A stretch of 50,059 bases of DNA, taken from the IMG/VR virus record IMGVR_UViG_3300027879_000002, positions 1 to 50,059 of that record; one strand, given 5' to 3'. The stretch's first letter is position 1, and every line of letters begins with the position of its first letter. Positions 18,743 to 27,461 of the stretch are shown in pieces. Source of the DNA: a virus. Its lineage: Duplodnaviria; Caudoviricetes. A program made the translations under genes and the position numbers. Under the pieces are notes generated by a model. It saw only the letters and a list, made by a program, of their open reading frames with translations. It was not told the DNA's origin and searched no databases.

Positions 18743-18771
18743 TAGCGCGGCGGGGGCCAGTAGCGTATACT
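18743..18771 (+). promoter_or_regulatory. phage promoter TAGCGC-N17-TATACT in a hairpin
   Basis: TACTGGCCCC / GGGGCCAGTA stem. Confidence 0.85.
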
Positions 18772-18799
18772 GTAGTTAGTTAGCCCACCAGGAGGACAG

Positions 18800-19105
18800 A
18801 TGGCAGAAATGAAGGGCACCCCGGTGCCTGAGGTTACAGAGAAGCGAGCCGTGACGAATATCGTCTGGGTCAGGATCGTCTGGGAGCAGCACGAGTTCGT
18901 ACGGATCGGCAAGGTTAACGGGATCAGGCTGTTCAGCATCATGTGGCACAACAGAAAGTCTGACCCGAACTGGATCATGAGGTGCGACCTGCCCGGTTAC
19001 GACGCCAGCACGCAGCGCTGGTGCGACGACGACCGGTCCTTCCTTGAGAGCAAGGCGGCCGACATGCTGGTCTTCTGGCTCCGGAGGATCAGGGGAGAGC
19101 AGTAA
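18800..19105 (+). CDS. early hypothetical protein
   Basis: AGGAGG RBS. Confidence 0.8.
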   Translation: MAEMKGTPVPEVTEKRAVTNIVWVRIVWEQHEFVRIGKVNGIRLFSIMWHNRKSDPNWIMRCDLPGYDASTQRWCDDDRSFLESKAADMLVFWLRRIRGEQ

Positions 19106-19488
19106 TGCCGCCGCCCAAGACGCCCATCAAGAAGCCGGGTAAGCCCGGCAAGGGCGACAGGCCGCCCGGCCGCCCACCAGCCCCAGGCGGCCCGGTGAAC
19201 CCTCCCGACCCTAGCGAGAAGCGACGGCCAGAACTGGTCCGACTGTTCCACCCCGGGGTGCTGATGTACACGAACCCGTACGCCGGAGTGATAGGCCTGG
19301 CCCTGATCCTGCTCGTTCTCGCCGGGTTCCAGAAGGCATGGCGTGATCACCGGCATCCCTTGTGCTACCACGACGACACCGTTCCGTGCAGGATCACGGG
19401 GCCGACCGGGATCTGTCATGATCCGTGCTGCCCTGGCTACGGCGAGATCGGCCAGTGCGTCCCGCACCGGACCAGGAGGAAGCCATGA
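19105..19488 (+). CDS. Pro-rich single-pass membrane protein with Cys/His-rich C-terminus
   Basis: TAATG coupling; TM segment VIGLALILLVLAGF. Confidence 0.7.
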   Translation: MPPPKTPIKKPGKPGKGDRPPGRPPAPGGPVNPPDPSEKRRPELVRLFHPGVLMYTNPYAGVIGLALILLVLAGFQKAWRDHRHPLCYHDDTVPCRITGPTGICHDPCCPGYGEIGQCVPHRTRRKP

Positions 19489-19580
19489 GGCTTTGCTACA
19501 GGTGCGCCCGCCACGCCGGGGAGCGGTGGCACTGGTGCATCCGGCTGGCCTGCGACTGCCCCTGCCGGGGCCGGCAGTGA
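19485..19580 (+). CDS. 31-aa Cys-rich peptide (not in ORF track)
   Basis: ATGA coupling, AGGAGG RBS; MRLCYRCARHAGERWHWCIRLACDCPCRGRQ. Confidence 0.55.
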   Translation: MRLCYRCARHAGERWHWCIRLACDCPCRGRQ

Positions 19581-19691
19581 CGCGATTGTCGTAGTGGCTT
19601 AGGGGACAGAGATCGCATGCAGAGGGGTATACGCGGCCCTTACGGGGCCGCTATACTCCTCTGACCCACACCTAGGCGAGAGGAATAGCAG

Positions 19692-19943
19692 ATGGCCGGT
19701 ACGGCGGAGGAGAGGGCAGAGGCCAAGGAGGCCTTCGGAACCAAGAGCGGTGCGAAGCAGTACGTTGCCTGGTTCCTGGCGACGAGCTTGCAGGGGGTTT
19801 GCGAGAGCCCGGAGAAAATGCTCACAGACATGGGGTACAATCCAAAGTCCCTGAGCCCGGCCCAGATGCAGCGATTCGTGGATGGCGTGGCTGCGATCGA
19901 GGCGGCCCTGAAGCGTATGGCCGGTCCGCTTATGGAGGAGTAG
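19692..19943 (+). CDS. hypothetical protein
   Basis: GAGGA RBS; TATACT at 19652. Confidence 0.8.
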   Translation: MAGTAEERAEAKEAFGTKSGAKQYVAWFLATSLQGVCESPEKMLTDMGYNPKSLSPAQMQRFVDGVAAIEAALKRMAGPLMEE

Positions 19944-19947
19944 TGGA

Positions 19948-19987
19948 AGGGCCGGGTCTACCTGACGAGGGGAGGTAGACCCGGCCC
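19948..19987. terminator. 15-bp hairpin between convergent units
   Basis: GGGCCGGGTCTACCT / AGGTAGACCCGGCCC. Confidence 0.7.
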
Positions 19988-20039
19988 AGCTCTGGGGCGC
20001 ACCTTAGACGCAGCGCGTCATATCGTACCGAATTCCCAG

Positions 20040-20176
20040 CGTAGGGCCGGGAAGACCTTCCCAGTTCCCCTCCGTCTCATCCCGGAGGGGCATCTCTGGT
20101 GGGCTCGATCGACCCAGGGTCGGACGGGGCAGTCAGCCCTGAGGCCAGGCACTCCGGTGAACTTCCCGGCCCTACG
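20040..20176 (-). ncRNA. candidate structured small RNA of unknown family
   Basis: 15-bp terminal stem plus internal hairpins; 5' end lies 6 nt downstream of a consensus promoter. Confidence 0.65.
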
Positions 20177-20182
20177 ACTACG

Positions 20183-20211
20183 ACTATACGCCACAGCCTA
20201 TCCCCGCGCTA
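20183..20211 (-). promoter_or_regulatory. phage promoter TAGCGC-N17-TATAGT on the minus strand
   Basis: reverse complement of ACTATA (20183-88) and GCGCTA (20206-11). Confidence 0.75.
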
Positions 20212-20731
20212 GCTCTTCGCTCCACATTTCTTTCCGCAATTCAGAGGACTGGCGTGCACGACGTAGCGCGCACAGAGCGTGACGGGTAGCATCGCGGACG
20301 TGTTCGCTACCCTTAACGTACAGCCCCAGCGCTCTTAGCCGTTCGTCAGTGAGAGCCTGCTTGGCCTGGACGCGAGACTGGAACGTCACCCTGGCGTCGC
20401 TAAGGTCACCCCGGTGCTGGGCGTACAGGAGCATTGCACCGATGCGCGCGGGGCTAAGAGCAGAAGTGTCCCTGCTCTGGAAATGCGGATCGACATCCCA
20501 GCGCTCAACAACAAGAGCAGGGCCAACAAGGTAGTCAAGAGACTGCGTCTCACGAGCAAGCCGGGCTAGCAGAACTACCTGCTGAGGCTCGTGACCGGAA
20601 ACCTCGCCATAGTCCCATTCAATAATGCTGCTCTCCTCCCTCCCGAATACAGAATCGCGCGGTACTGTAAGCCTGCACCAGCCAGTTGTGCCGCCAGGAT
20701 CGATACCTATGACGTGTATATTCCTGAGCAT
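20198..20731 (-). CDS. RuvC-like Holliday junction resolvase
   Basis: VIGIDPGGTTGW, LVVE, AK, HVRDATRH. Confidence 0.8.
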   Translation of the reverse strand: MLRNIHVIGIDPGGTTGWCRLTVPRDSVFGREESSIIEWDYGEVSGHEPQQVVLLARLARETQSLDYLVGPALVVERWDVDPHFQSRDTSALSPARIGAMLLYAQHRGDLSDARVTFQSRVQAKQALTDERLRALGLYVKGSEHVRDATRHALCALRRARQSSELRKEMWSEELARG

Positions 20732-20905
20732 ATAACGACGTCCTATTCGAGAGGGATAGCTAAGCGTATCCTAGGGAGGCCCGAGAGGCGCACGAGGTAA
20801 CTTACCGGGAAAATGGGAAAGGGGCCGGACTGACCATCCGGCCCCTCTAGAGCTTCCCCAGGCGAAGGGAAAGGAAGGTCCCCGCGTGACTAAGGGCCAA
20901 CGGAT

Positions 20906-22858
20906 ATGACTATACCTCCCGCTTCGGATTCGGCGCTAGTCGTAGCCCATCAGCTGGTGGATATGGGGGTCCCCGTATTCGCCGCACGGCTGAATGCAGA
21001 TGGAACGCCGGATAGACAGGATAGAAGATGGCAGGGGTACCAGAAGAAGGTAGCTGGCGCACGATGCCATGCATCCATTAGCGGATTCAAGGATGGCGAG
21101 GCTCTATGTGCCGTTACCGGCGTGGTATTCGACGTCATTGATCACGATCTACAGAACGACCCTTCTGGCCTAGCGCTAAAGCAGATGTCAGAGGACCTTG
21201 GAGATTTCGGCCCTGAGGTTTATCTGGAAACCCGAACGCCAAGCGGAGGCACGCACCTCTGGGTGGTGCACCAGGATATAGGGACCCATCCAGGATTCAG
21301 GAAAGGGCTGGACTATAAGGGTGGCAATCCCGACGGTAGTAGTAGGGGATTCGTATTCCTTCCGCCTACCATCCGCAGGAGTAAGCGCGATGGGCAGATA
21401 CACCCCTATGAGTATCGCTCCGAGCTAACTCGGCCGGATCCTGACGACTTCTGCCAGGCCTTGTGCGACTACGTTCTTGCAGGTCGTGGCCAGAGAGAAG
21501 AGGAAGTAGAAAGGCCAGCCAGGGAGGAAGTCGATCGGCTACGCATGGCCTGCGTCGCAGCCGAGGCCGGGGGACAGAGAGCAGCGCTCCTACGTTACGT
21601 TCACGAGCTGGAGCGCAAGGGATACGCCAGGACCGATATTCTCAGGCTGCTGAAATCCCTGAAGCTTCCTGCCTATAATCCACGGCGCCCCTGGCGAGAG
21701 CGCGACTTCATGGGGCTGTTCCATCAGCGCGGGACGATCATTCCAGACGCGATCCCAGGCGAGCTTGATGGCATAGATAGCATTAAGCGCGTAACGTCAG
21801 ACGCGGCGCGCTGGCTTAGAGAGATAACGCCGACTCAGCTGAAATGGCTAGCCGCCCCATTGTTCCCATTCGGATGCCTCGTGATCATAGACGGAGACCC
21901 CGGCATCGGTAAGTCTGTTCTGACTCTTGCTATGATGTGCAGGGCATCCCGAGGCGAGCCGATATTCCCAGGTGATCCAGGAATGGGAGAGCCAATAAAC
22001 TGCGCTATAGTCGGAGCCGAAGACGATCTAAGCTCTGTGGTGATCCCTAGAATCCTGGCCAATGGCGGAGACATAGACCGTTTCGTCACGATGCCCGTCA
22101 AGAGGAAGAGGGGAGGAGGACTAGAGCTGCTTACATTCCCAGACGGTGTAAATAAGCTGGAGGCTATGCTAGCGGCTAGCGGCGCCAGATTCTGCACCAT
22201 AGACCCTATATCCTCATTTCTAGGAGAGGATATCAGCAGCCACAATGACGCCAGCGTACGCCGAGCGCTGCAGCCTGTGGTAGAAGTAGCGCAGCGTCAG
22301 CAATGCTGTATATTTCTGGTCAGGCATCTGAACAAGGACAATAGCATGAAAGCCATGTACCGGGGTGGCGGTTCCATAGCCTTCTCCGGGATAGCCCGAT
22401 CAGGTCTGATAGCTGGAACCCTTCCTGATGGTAGTGGCTACGGCATAGCCCAGGTTAAGAGCAGTAACGCAGAGGGACTAGAAGGCTGCCTGGCGTATAC
22501 CATAGATAAGCAGACGGTGAAGATTCCGGGCTCTGGCGTCACAGAGATGCCACTCATCAGATGGCTGGGACAGAGCGACTATACGGCTGACGATCTGGTT
22601 CGGGGCGAGGACGGGCGTAACGGAAACGGCAGAGCTCCAATTCAGCAGCAGATGGTTGAGGAATGCCTGCTAGCGCTTATCCAGGAATATGGCGGTAGTC
22701 CTATTCCGGCCGGTGAGGCGCTGGCCTACATAAAGGCTGATGGCTGTAGCACTTCGCCCATAGTTCTGGCCAAGGCTCGCGAGGCTGTAGGGCTGCGCTC
22801 AGTTCCGCAGAAAAGTGAGACAGGGAGGATGCAGGGCTGGGCCTGGATCTACGGGTAG
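20906..22858 (+). CDS. bifunctional primase-polymerase fused to an AAA_25/RecA-like helicase
   Basis: VIDHD, TPSGGTHLW; Walker A GDPGIGKS, TIDPI, VRHLNK, GSIAF. Confidence 0.9.
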   Translation: MTIPPASDSALVVAHQLVDMGVPVFAARLNADGTPDRQDRRWQGYQKKVAGARCHASISGFKDGEALCAVTGVVFDVIDHDLQNDPSGLALKQMSEDLGDFGPEVYLETRTPSGGTHLWVVHQDIGTHPGFRKGLDYKGGNPDGSSRGFVFLPPTIRRSKRDGQIHPYEYRSELTRPDPDDFCQALCDYVLAGRGQREEEVERPAREEVDRLRMACVAAEAGGQRAALLRYVHELERKGYARTDILRLLKSLKLPAYNPRRPWRERDFMGLFHQRGTIIPDAIPGELDGIDSIKRVTSDAARWLREITPTQLKWLAAPLFPFGCLVIIDGDPGIGKSVLTLAMMCRASRGEPIFPGDPGMGEPINCAIVGAEDDLSSVVIPRILANGGDIDRFVTMPVKRKRGGGLELLTFPDGVNKLEAMLAASGARFCTIDPISSFLGEDISSHNDASVRRALQPVVEVAQRQQCCIFLVRHLNKDNSMKAMYRGGGSIAFSGIARSGLIAGTLPDGSGYGIAQVKSSNAEGLEGCLAYTIDKQTVKIPGSGVTEMPLIRWLGQSDYTADDLVRGEDGRNGNGRAPIQQQMVEECLLALIQEYGGSPIPAGEALAYIKADGCSTSPIVLAKAREAVGLRSVPQKSETGRMQGWAWIYG

Positions 22859-22884
22859 CGGAATGGCTTCAGCTGGCGTACACT
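22856..22884 (+). promoter_or_regulatory. promoter TAGCGG-N17-TACACT, leaderless to ATG 22891
   Basis: TAG doubles as the primase stop codon; 6 nt from the -10 to ATG. Confidence 0.7.
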
Positions 22885-22890
22885 ACAGTT

Positions 22891-23220
22891 ATGAGATGCA
22901 GCAAATGCGGCCACAAGATCTGGTCGACAAGAGCGCTGAATTGCGGCCTCGGAGAAGGCTGCCGAAGAAGGGTGTACCGCGCTGCCAGGTCTCTGGAGAG
23001 CAGCGACAGCAAGCCGGCCAAGCTGGCTGCAGAGCTGATCCTGGACGGAGGGGTGCAGAAGATGCCGGGGCACGGCGGCCGGGTATGGCGTACCGTCAGC
23101 TCGAAGGGCTCTACCGGCTATCTGACCACGACCGGACAGTGCAACTGCAGGCAGGGGCTCAACAGGATGCCGTTCCTATGCCACCACAGGGTGGCAGTGA
23201 TCGTGATGGTGGAGGCGTGA
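22891..23220 (+). CDS. Zn-finger protein (DUF6011-like plus SWIM-like)
   Basis: CSKCG...GLGEGC; CNC...CHHRVAV. Confidence 0.75.
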   Translation: MRCSKCGHKIWSTRALNCGLGEGCRRRVYRAARSLESSDSKPAKLAAELILDGGVQKMPGHGGRVWRTVSSKGSTGYLTTTGQCNCRQGLNRMPFLCHHRVAVIVMVEA

Positions 23221-23417
23221 TGAAGAGCATATTCGTAGTGCTACAGCCTAAAAGCAACACCAACAACAGCGACAAGTACCGGGTCGTTGACAGCCAGAGC
23301 TGGTTCGCTTTCGTCAACGGGGCCAGGAAGAGCGCTGCCGTCTTCGGTGAGTTCGACAGCCTGCTGGAAGCCGAGAAGAGCCGGGACGAGCTCAACAGCG
23401 AGCTCAGCAATGGCTAG
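23220..23417 (+). CDS. small hypothetical protein
   Basis: GGAGG RBS, TGATG coupling; MKSIFVV... Confidence 0.7.
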   Translation: MKSIFVVLQPKSNTNNSDKYRVVDSQSWFAFVNGARKSAAVFGEFDSLLEAEKSRDELNSELSNG

Positions 23418-23658
23418 CCCAGAAGCCACGGGGGCTCAGCGGAATCTGCTTAACGTGCTGCGCCTGATGCTAGGGCTGACGCAGGTACCCGCTAGCGAGT
23501 ATCTGGCTGCCTCTTACGCAGGAGCTATGATAGGCCAGCTCAAGAGGCAGGTGAACGAGGGTGAGATGGTGCGCTGCCCATCTTGCGAAGGCCGGCACGA
23601 GAACTTCGAGCAGGCCAGGGAATGCTATCGCTCCATGAAGCTGAGCAACAAGCTGTAG
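23410..23658 (+). CDS. small protein with ATxxQ module and CxxC-H-RECY finger
   Basis: shares modules with 24729-25361. Confidence 0.7.
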   Translation: MASPEATGAQRNLLNVLRLMLGLTQVPASEYLAASYAGAMIGQLKRQVNEGEMVRCPSCEGRHENFEQARECYRSMKLSNKL

Positions 23659-23684
23659 CTTTCTGGAGTCAGATGGCGTATACT
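23656..23684 (+). promoter_or_regulatory. promoter TAGCTT-N17-TATACT
   Basis: TAG is the upstream stop codon. Confidence 0.75.
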
Positions 23685-23715
23685 CGCTCTATAAGCCCAC
23701 AAGGAGGAGAGACCA

Positions 23716-24732
23716 GTGGAAGTTTCAGACCTACTCCGAAGAGTCAGGAGCCTGATAGCCAAGGCTGAAGACTGCGAGAAGCCAGAGAGCACGGCTTTCA
23801 GCCCGGAGGAGTCGCAGGCGTATCGCGCCAAGGCTGACGAGCTGATGACCAAGTACGCAGTAGACGAGGCGCTGCTACAGGCAAGTCGCCCGGCTGGCAT
23901 GCGCACCCTGCCCGGCTCTATCGAGCTAGAGCTTGCAGGCGGCGGGTTCGAGATGCAGCATTACCTCTGCAATCTGCTAGAGAGCATCGCGTACCACAAC
24001 CGCTGCAAGTTGCGGTCGTACGGAAGATACGACTACGACAAGAAATGCTGGATGGCGAAGGTGTACGGATTCGAGGCCGACCTTCGCTTTGTCGAGATGC
24101 TCTACACTACTCTTCGCCTGCACATGCTAGACGCATTGCGGCCCAAGATCCACCCCGGCCTTACGCTGGAAACAAACTGCTATCGGCTTCACAAGGCCGG
24201 TTACAACTGGCTTGAAATCGCCAGGATGTATGGCTGGAGGAAGAGCGTAGCTTACGGTTCGGAGACCGGCGAGATCTGGGAGAACAAGGACGGCCGACGC
24301 TGGGGTAACCACAAGGTCGGAAGCATGTACAAGCGCGCTTGCTACCGGGGTTACCGGGCCAGGGGCGAGGAGCCGGAGAGAATCCCTGCGGGAGCTACGC
24401 AAACTTACCGCAGCTCAGCTGCACAAGGTTACACCTCGGGCATCAGCAGCAGGCTACGACAGGCTTCCAGCGGCAGGGGCGCCGGGACCGATATCGTTCT
24501 GCGAGGTCAGATGGATCTCATAGACGAGCTCTTCCGGAACGATAACGCTGACCTGTTCGCAGAGCCAGAGCCAGTCACGGATCCGCCGAAGAAGAGCGGC
24601 CGAAAGACTGCCGCCTACAAGCCCCCGCCATTCAGCCGGTCGGCTTACGAGGCAGGCCACGCACACGCCCAGACCGCAGACCTGACGAACAACAGCACTG
24701 CGGAAGGCCGGAAGCGGGAGGTTTCGTCATGA
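23716..24732 (+). CDS. DUF2786-like domain protein
   Basis: LLRRVRSLIAKAE...EE..AY..KADELMTKYAVD; VYGFEADL. Confidence 0.8.
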   Translation: MEVSDLLRRVRSLIAKAEDCEKPESTAFSPEESQAYRAKADELMTKYAVDEALLQASRPAGMRTLPGSIELELAGGGFEMQHYLCNLLESIAYHNRCKLRSYGRYDYDKKCWMAKVYGFEADLRFVEMLYTTLRLHMLDALRPKIHPGLTLETNCYRLHKAGYNWLEIARMYGWRKSVAYGSETGEIWENKDGRRWGNHKVGSMYKRACYRGYRARGEEPERIPAGATQTYRSSAAQGYTSGISSRLRQASSGRGAGTDIVLRGQMDLIDELFRNDNADLFAEPEPVTDPPKKSGRKTAAYKPPPFSRSAYEAGHAHAQTADLTNNSTAEGRKREVSS

Positions 24733-25361
24733 TAAGATGCGGGAGCTGCCGGAAGACCCATCAGACAGTGCAGCAGGTACGCGAGTGCTACGGGAACCCC
24801 CTCAGGCTGCAGCTCGAGCCTGCAACCGATGGCCAGCTCAGATTCCTATCTACGCTGTTCCTTGAGCGGGGCATGGAGGATCTGACGGGAGTCTCCGACC
24901 CCGAAACAAGGAAGGAGTTCACCAAGGCTTCGGCTAGCGAGTGGATCAGCGACATGGTGAGCAAGAAGCGCGAGAAAGGCTACCAGAAACTAGTTTCCGA
25001 TGTGCCGGCGGGCTACTATGCCACCAGAGGGGACGATGGGAAGGAATCTGCAGATGGCGACCCCGAGGGGTACGGAGAGCCGCCTCTTGACTTCTGGTGC
25101 GTCCAGCGGCCGGAAGAAGGCAATTGGGCTGGCATGGTATTCGTCAAGCGCGTTCTCGGCGGACACGACCTGATAACCCTTCCCAGGAAGATGCAGAGAA
25201 TGGCTCTGGAGCGGATAGGCCAGGAAGGACACGAGGAGGCCGGTAAGCTATTCGGCGTCAGCCTTGGTCGCTGCTACGCCTGCGGAACGTCCCTGACAGA
25301 CGCGCTGAGCCGAGAACTTGGGATAGGCCCTGACTGCCGGAAGAAGTGGAACGCACGGTGA
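24729..25361 (+). CDS. multi-module Zn-finger protein with C-terminal DUF6011-like domain
   Basis: GRCYACGTSLTD..SRELGIGPDC. Confidence 0.8.
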   Translation: MIRCGSCRKTHQTVQQVRECYGNPLRLQLEPATDGQLRFLSTLFLERGMEDLTGVSDPETRKEFTKASASEWISDMVSKKREKGYQKLVSDVPAGYYATRGDDGKESADGDPEGYGEPPLDFWCVQRPEEGNWAGMVFVKRVLGGHDLITLPRKMQRMALERIGQEGHEEAGKLFGVSLGRCYACGTSLTDALSRELGIGPDCRKKWNAR

Positions 25362-25364
25362 AAG

Positions 25365-25417
25365 GAGCCCTGGAGGAATAAACCTACCAATTAGGTAGGG
25401 ATATTCCTCCAGGGCTC
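25365..25417. terminator. long hairpin (terminator or processing site)
   Basis: GAGCCCTGGAGGAATA / TATTCCTCCAGGGCTC with inner CCTACC/GGTAGG. Confidence 0.65.
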
Positions 25418-25446
25418 TCTACTTTGCAGCAGAATTCTCCCAGTCC

Positions 25447-25475
25447 TAGCCAAAATGCAGTATGAGGAGTATACT
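25447..25475 (+). promoter_or_regulatory. promoter TAGCCA-N17-TATACT, leaderless to ATG 25482
   Basis: 6 nt between the -10 and ATG. Confidence 0.8.
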
Positions 25476-25481
25476 GTAGTC

Positions 25482-27461
25482 ATGAGAGTAGAAGCCAACA
25501 CAGACGGCAAGCGAATATACGCTCGCTCAATGCCGTTCTCTGAAGAAGCTGTGCGCATCCTCAGCAGCGTACCGGGTGCTAGGTACAGGGCAGCACGCAA
25601 GGAATGGTCCTTTGGCCTAGACATGGATACCTGCCGGCAGCTCAGGAAGGCTCTTGGCAAAGACCTGCTGGTTATGAAGCCTCTGGCTGACTGGGCACGC
25701 GGAGAGGTGGCTCACGAGAGTGCGATTCAGGGCATCCTCTCGGGCGATATCGCTCCGGAACTTAGCCGGGTAGCCAGTCTCAGCCCGAAGCTCTACTCCG
25801 CCATCCAGGATCGCAGCTACCAGCCGGTAGGAGCTGGCTTCCTTCTCGAGGCTCAGCACGCGATCCTAGGAGACCAGCCCGGCCTTGGCAAGACCCTGCA
25901 GGGCCTGGCCGTCTTGCTACAGTCGGGTGCGAAGCGCATACTTGTGGTTTGCCCCCGTACCGCCTGCAGGAACGTATGGGAGAGCGAGACAGCGCGCTGG
26001 GCGCCGACCATCAGCACGTACGTGGCACAGGGCGACAGGGCTAATAGGCAGAAGGTTATCAATCGCTTCCTGTTCTGCAGCAAGAGGGCCGGCCAGCACA
26101 TGCTGATCGTCAACACAGAGATGATGCGCATGATTCCCGAAGTGTGCCCCGACGGTCCTATCAAGAACTGCAAGAAGGAGACGCTGAAAGGTGCCAGGCC
26201 CCCTGCCTTCATCCCTGGGGTGGGAGAGGTAGAGGAAGAGCACAAGCACGAGTTCAAGGTCGCGGAGTGGCCGGTACTTAGCAGTACCCCCTGGGACGCC
26301 ATCATACTAGACGAAAGCCACAACTCACTGGCAAGTACCTCTAATGTGCAAAGCAAGAATATAACGCAGGTTCGCTTCGGAGCTATGCACATTCGTTACA
26401 TGCTCGACCCTGACGGCATTGCAATAGCAATGAGCGGTACGCCTTTCCGCTCTAGGCTTCAGAAGTCCTGGGGCACGCTGAACTGGCTTGAGCCGGGTAA
26501 GTTCTCTAGCTTCTGGAAGTTTGCTGAGAGGCACTTCGGCGTTACGGAAGGAGAATACGGCAATTCTGTGGCGCCAGAGCCCATTGATCTTGATGACTTC
26601 CTAAGCACTCTGGCTCCGTACTATCTGGTCCGTACCAAGGCTGATGTGGCCACAGACCTGCCGCCTATCTTCTACGCGGGCGAGCCCCCGGCTAGCCGCC
26701 CAGAAGGCTTGCCCTGCACATTCCTTGACATGGATCCGCAGCAGGCCAGGGCGTACGATGAAATGCGCGCCCGAGCCATAGCCACTATCAGAGAGGGTAG
26801 CATAAGTGCTGTAGGCCTGCTGGCCGAGCTGACAAGGCTACGTCAGCTAGCATGCTCGTACGGCAGGTTTAGGCAGGACAAGAAGATGGTATACAATGAC
26901 TACATGGGCGAGAACGTCGAGCAGGTAACAGATTCTATGTCGCCATCACTTCCCAGCAACAAGATCGACTGGCTGATAGAGTTCCTACTTGAGCGCGAGG
27001 GTAACGAGGGCAAAGTCGTAGTGGCCTCTAGCTTCTCGCAGCTGATAGGCCTCGCCGCTGAGGCTGTCCGTAAGGAGCTGAAGTACCCCGTCCTTACCCT
27101 TACCGGAGCCACGAGCGACGCGGGCCGTACCGAGCTTGTCCGTCGCTTCCAGGACCCCAGAGACCCCGCCCGCGTAGCTATCATCAACAGCCGGGCTGGA
27201 GGCGAGGCCATCACTCTTGACCTTGCGGACGACATGGTATTCCTTGACCTGCCCTGGACATCAGATGAGATCACTCAGGTAGAGGCTCGAATACATCGCG
27301 TGAGCCGGATCCACAATGTAACGGTGTATCGGCTAATGAGTAGGGGCACCATTGATGAGCGTATGGCAAGCGCCACGGACGATCAGCTCAGAATCCTGAA
27401 GAGCGCTAGGCCGGAAGCCCGTCACGTAGCCCTCGCGATGCTGGAGGCTGAAGGCGAATGA
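25482..27461 (+). CDS. SNF2-family (SF2) helicase
   Basis: DQPGLGKT, ILDESH, MSGTP, GEAITL, QVEARIHRV. Confidence 0.92.
   Translation: MRVEANTDGKRIYARSMPFSEEAVRILSSVPGARYRAARKEWSFGLDMDTCRQLRKALGKDLLVMKPLADWARGEVAHESAIQGILSGDIAPELSRVASLSPKLYSAIQDRSYQPVGAGFLLEAQHAILGDQPGLGKTLQGLAVLLQSGAKRILVVCPRTACRNVWESETARWAPTISTYVAQGDRANRQKVINRFLFCSKRAGQHMLIVNTEMMRMIPEVCPDGPIKNCKKETLKGARPPAFIPGVGEVEEEHKHEFKVAEWPVLSSTPWDAIILDESHNSLASTSNVQSKNITQVRFGAMHIRYMLDPDGIAIAMSGTPFRSRLQKSWGTLNWLEPGKFSSFWKFAERHFGVTEGEYGNSVAPEPIDLDDFLSTLAPYYLVRTKADVATDLPPIFYAGEPPASRPEGLPCTFLDMDPQQARAYDEMRARAIATIREGSISAVGLLAELTRLRQLACSYGRFRQDKKMVYNDYMGENVEQVTDSMSPSLPSNKIDWLIEFLLEREGNEGKVVVASSFSQLIGLAAEAVRKELKYPVLTLTGATSDAGRTELVRRFQDPRDPARVAIINSRAGGEAITLDLADDMVFLDLPWTSDEITQVEARIHRVSRIHNVTVYRLMSRGTIDERMASATDDQLRILKSARPEARHVALAMLEAEGE

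Noticed and set aside
20198-20731. TnpB/Cas12-type RNA-guided nuclease
   Set aside because: Only 177 aa, a contiguous RuvC fold with no Zn finger or REC/WED regions; fits a phage resolvase.
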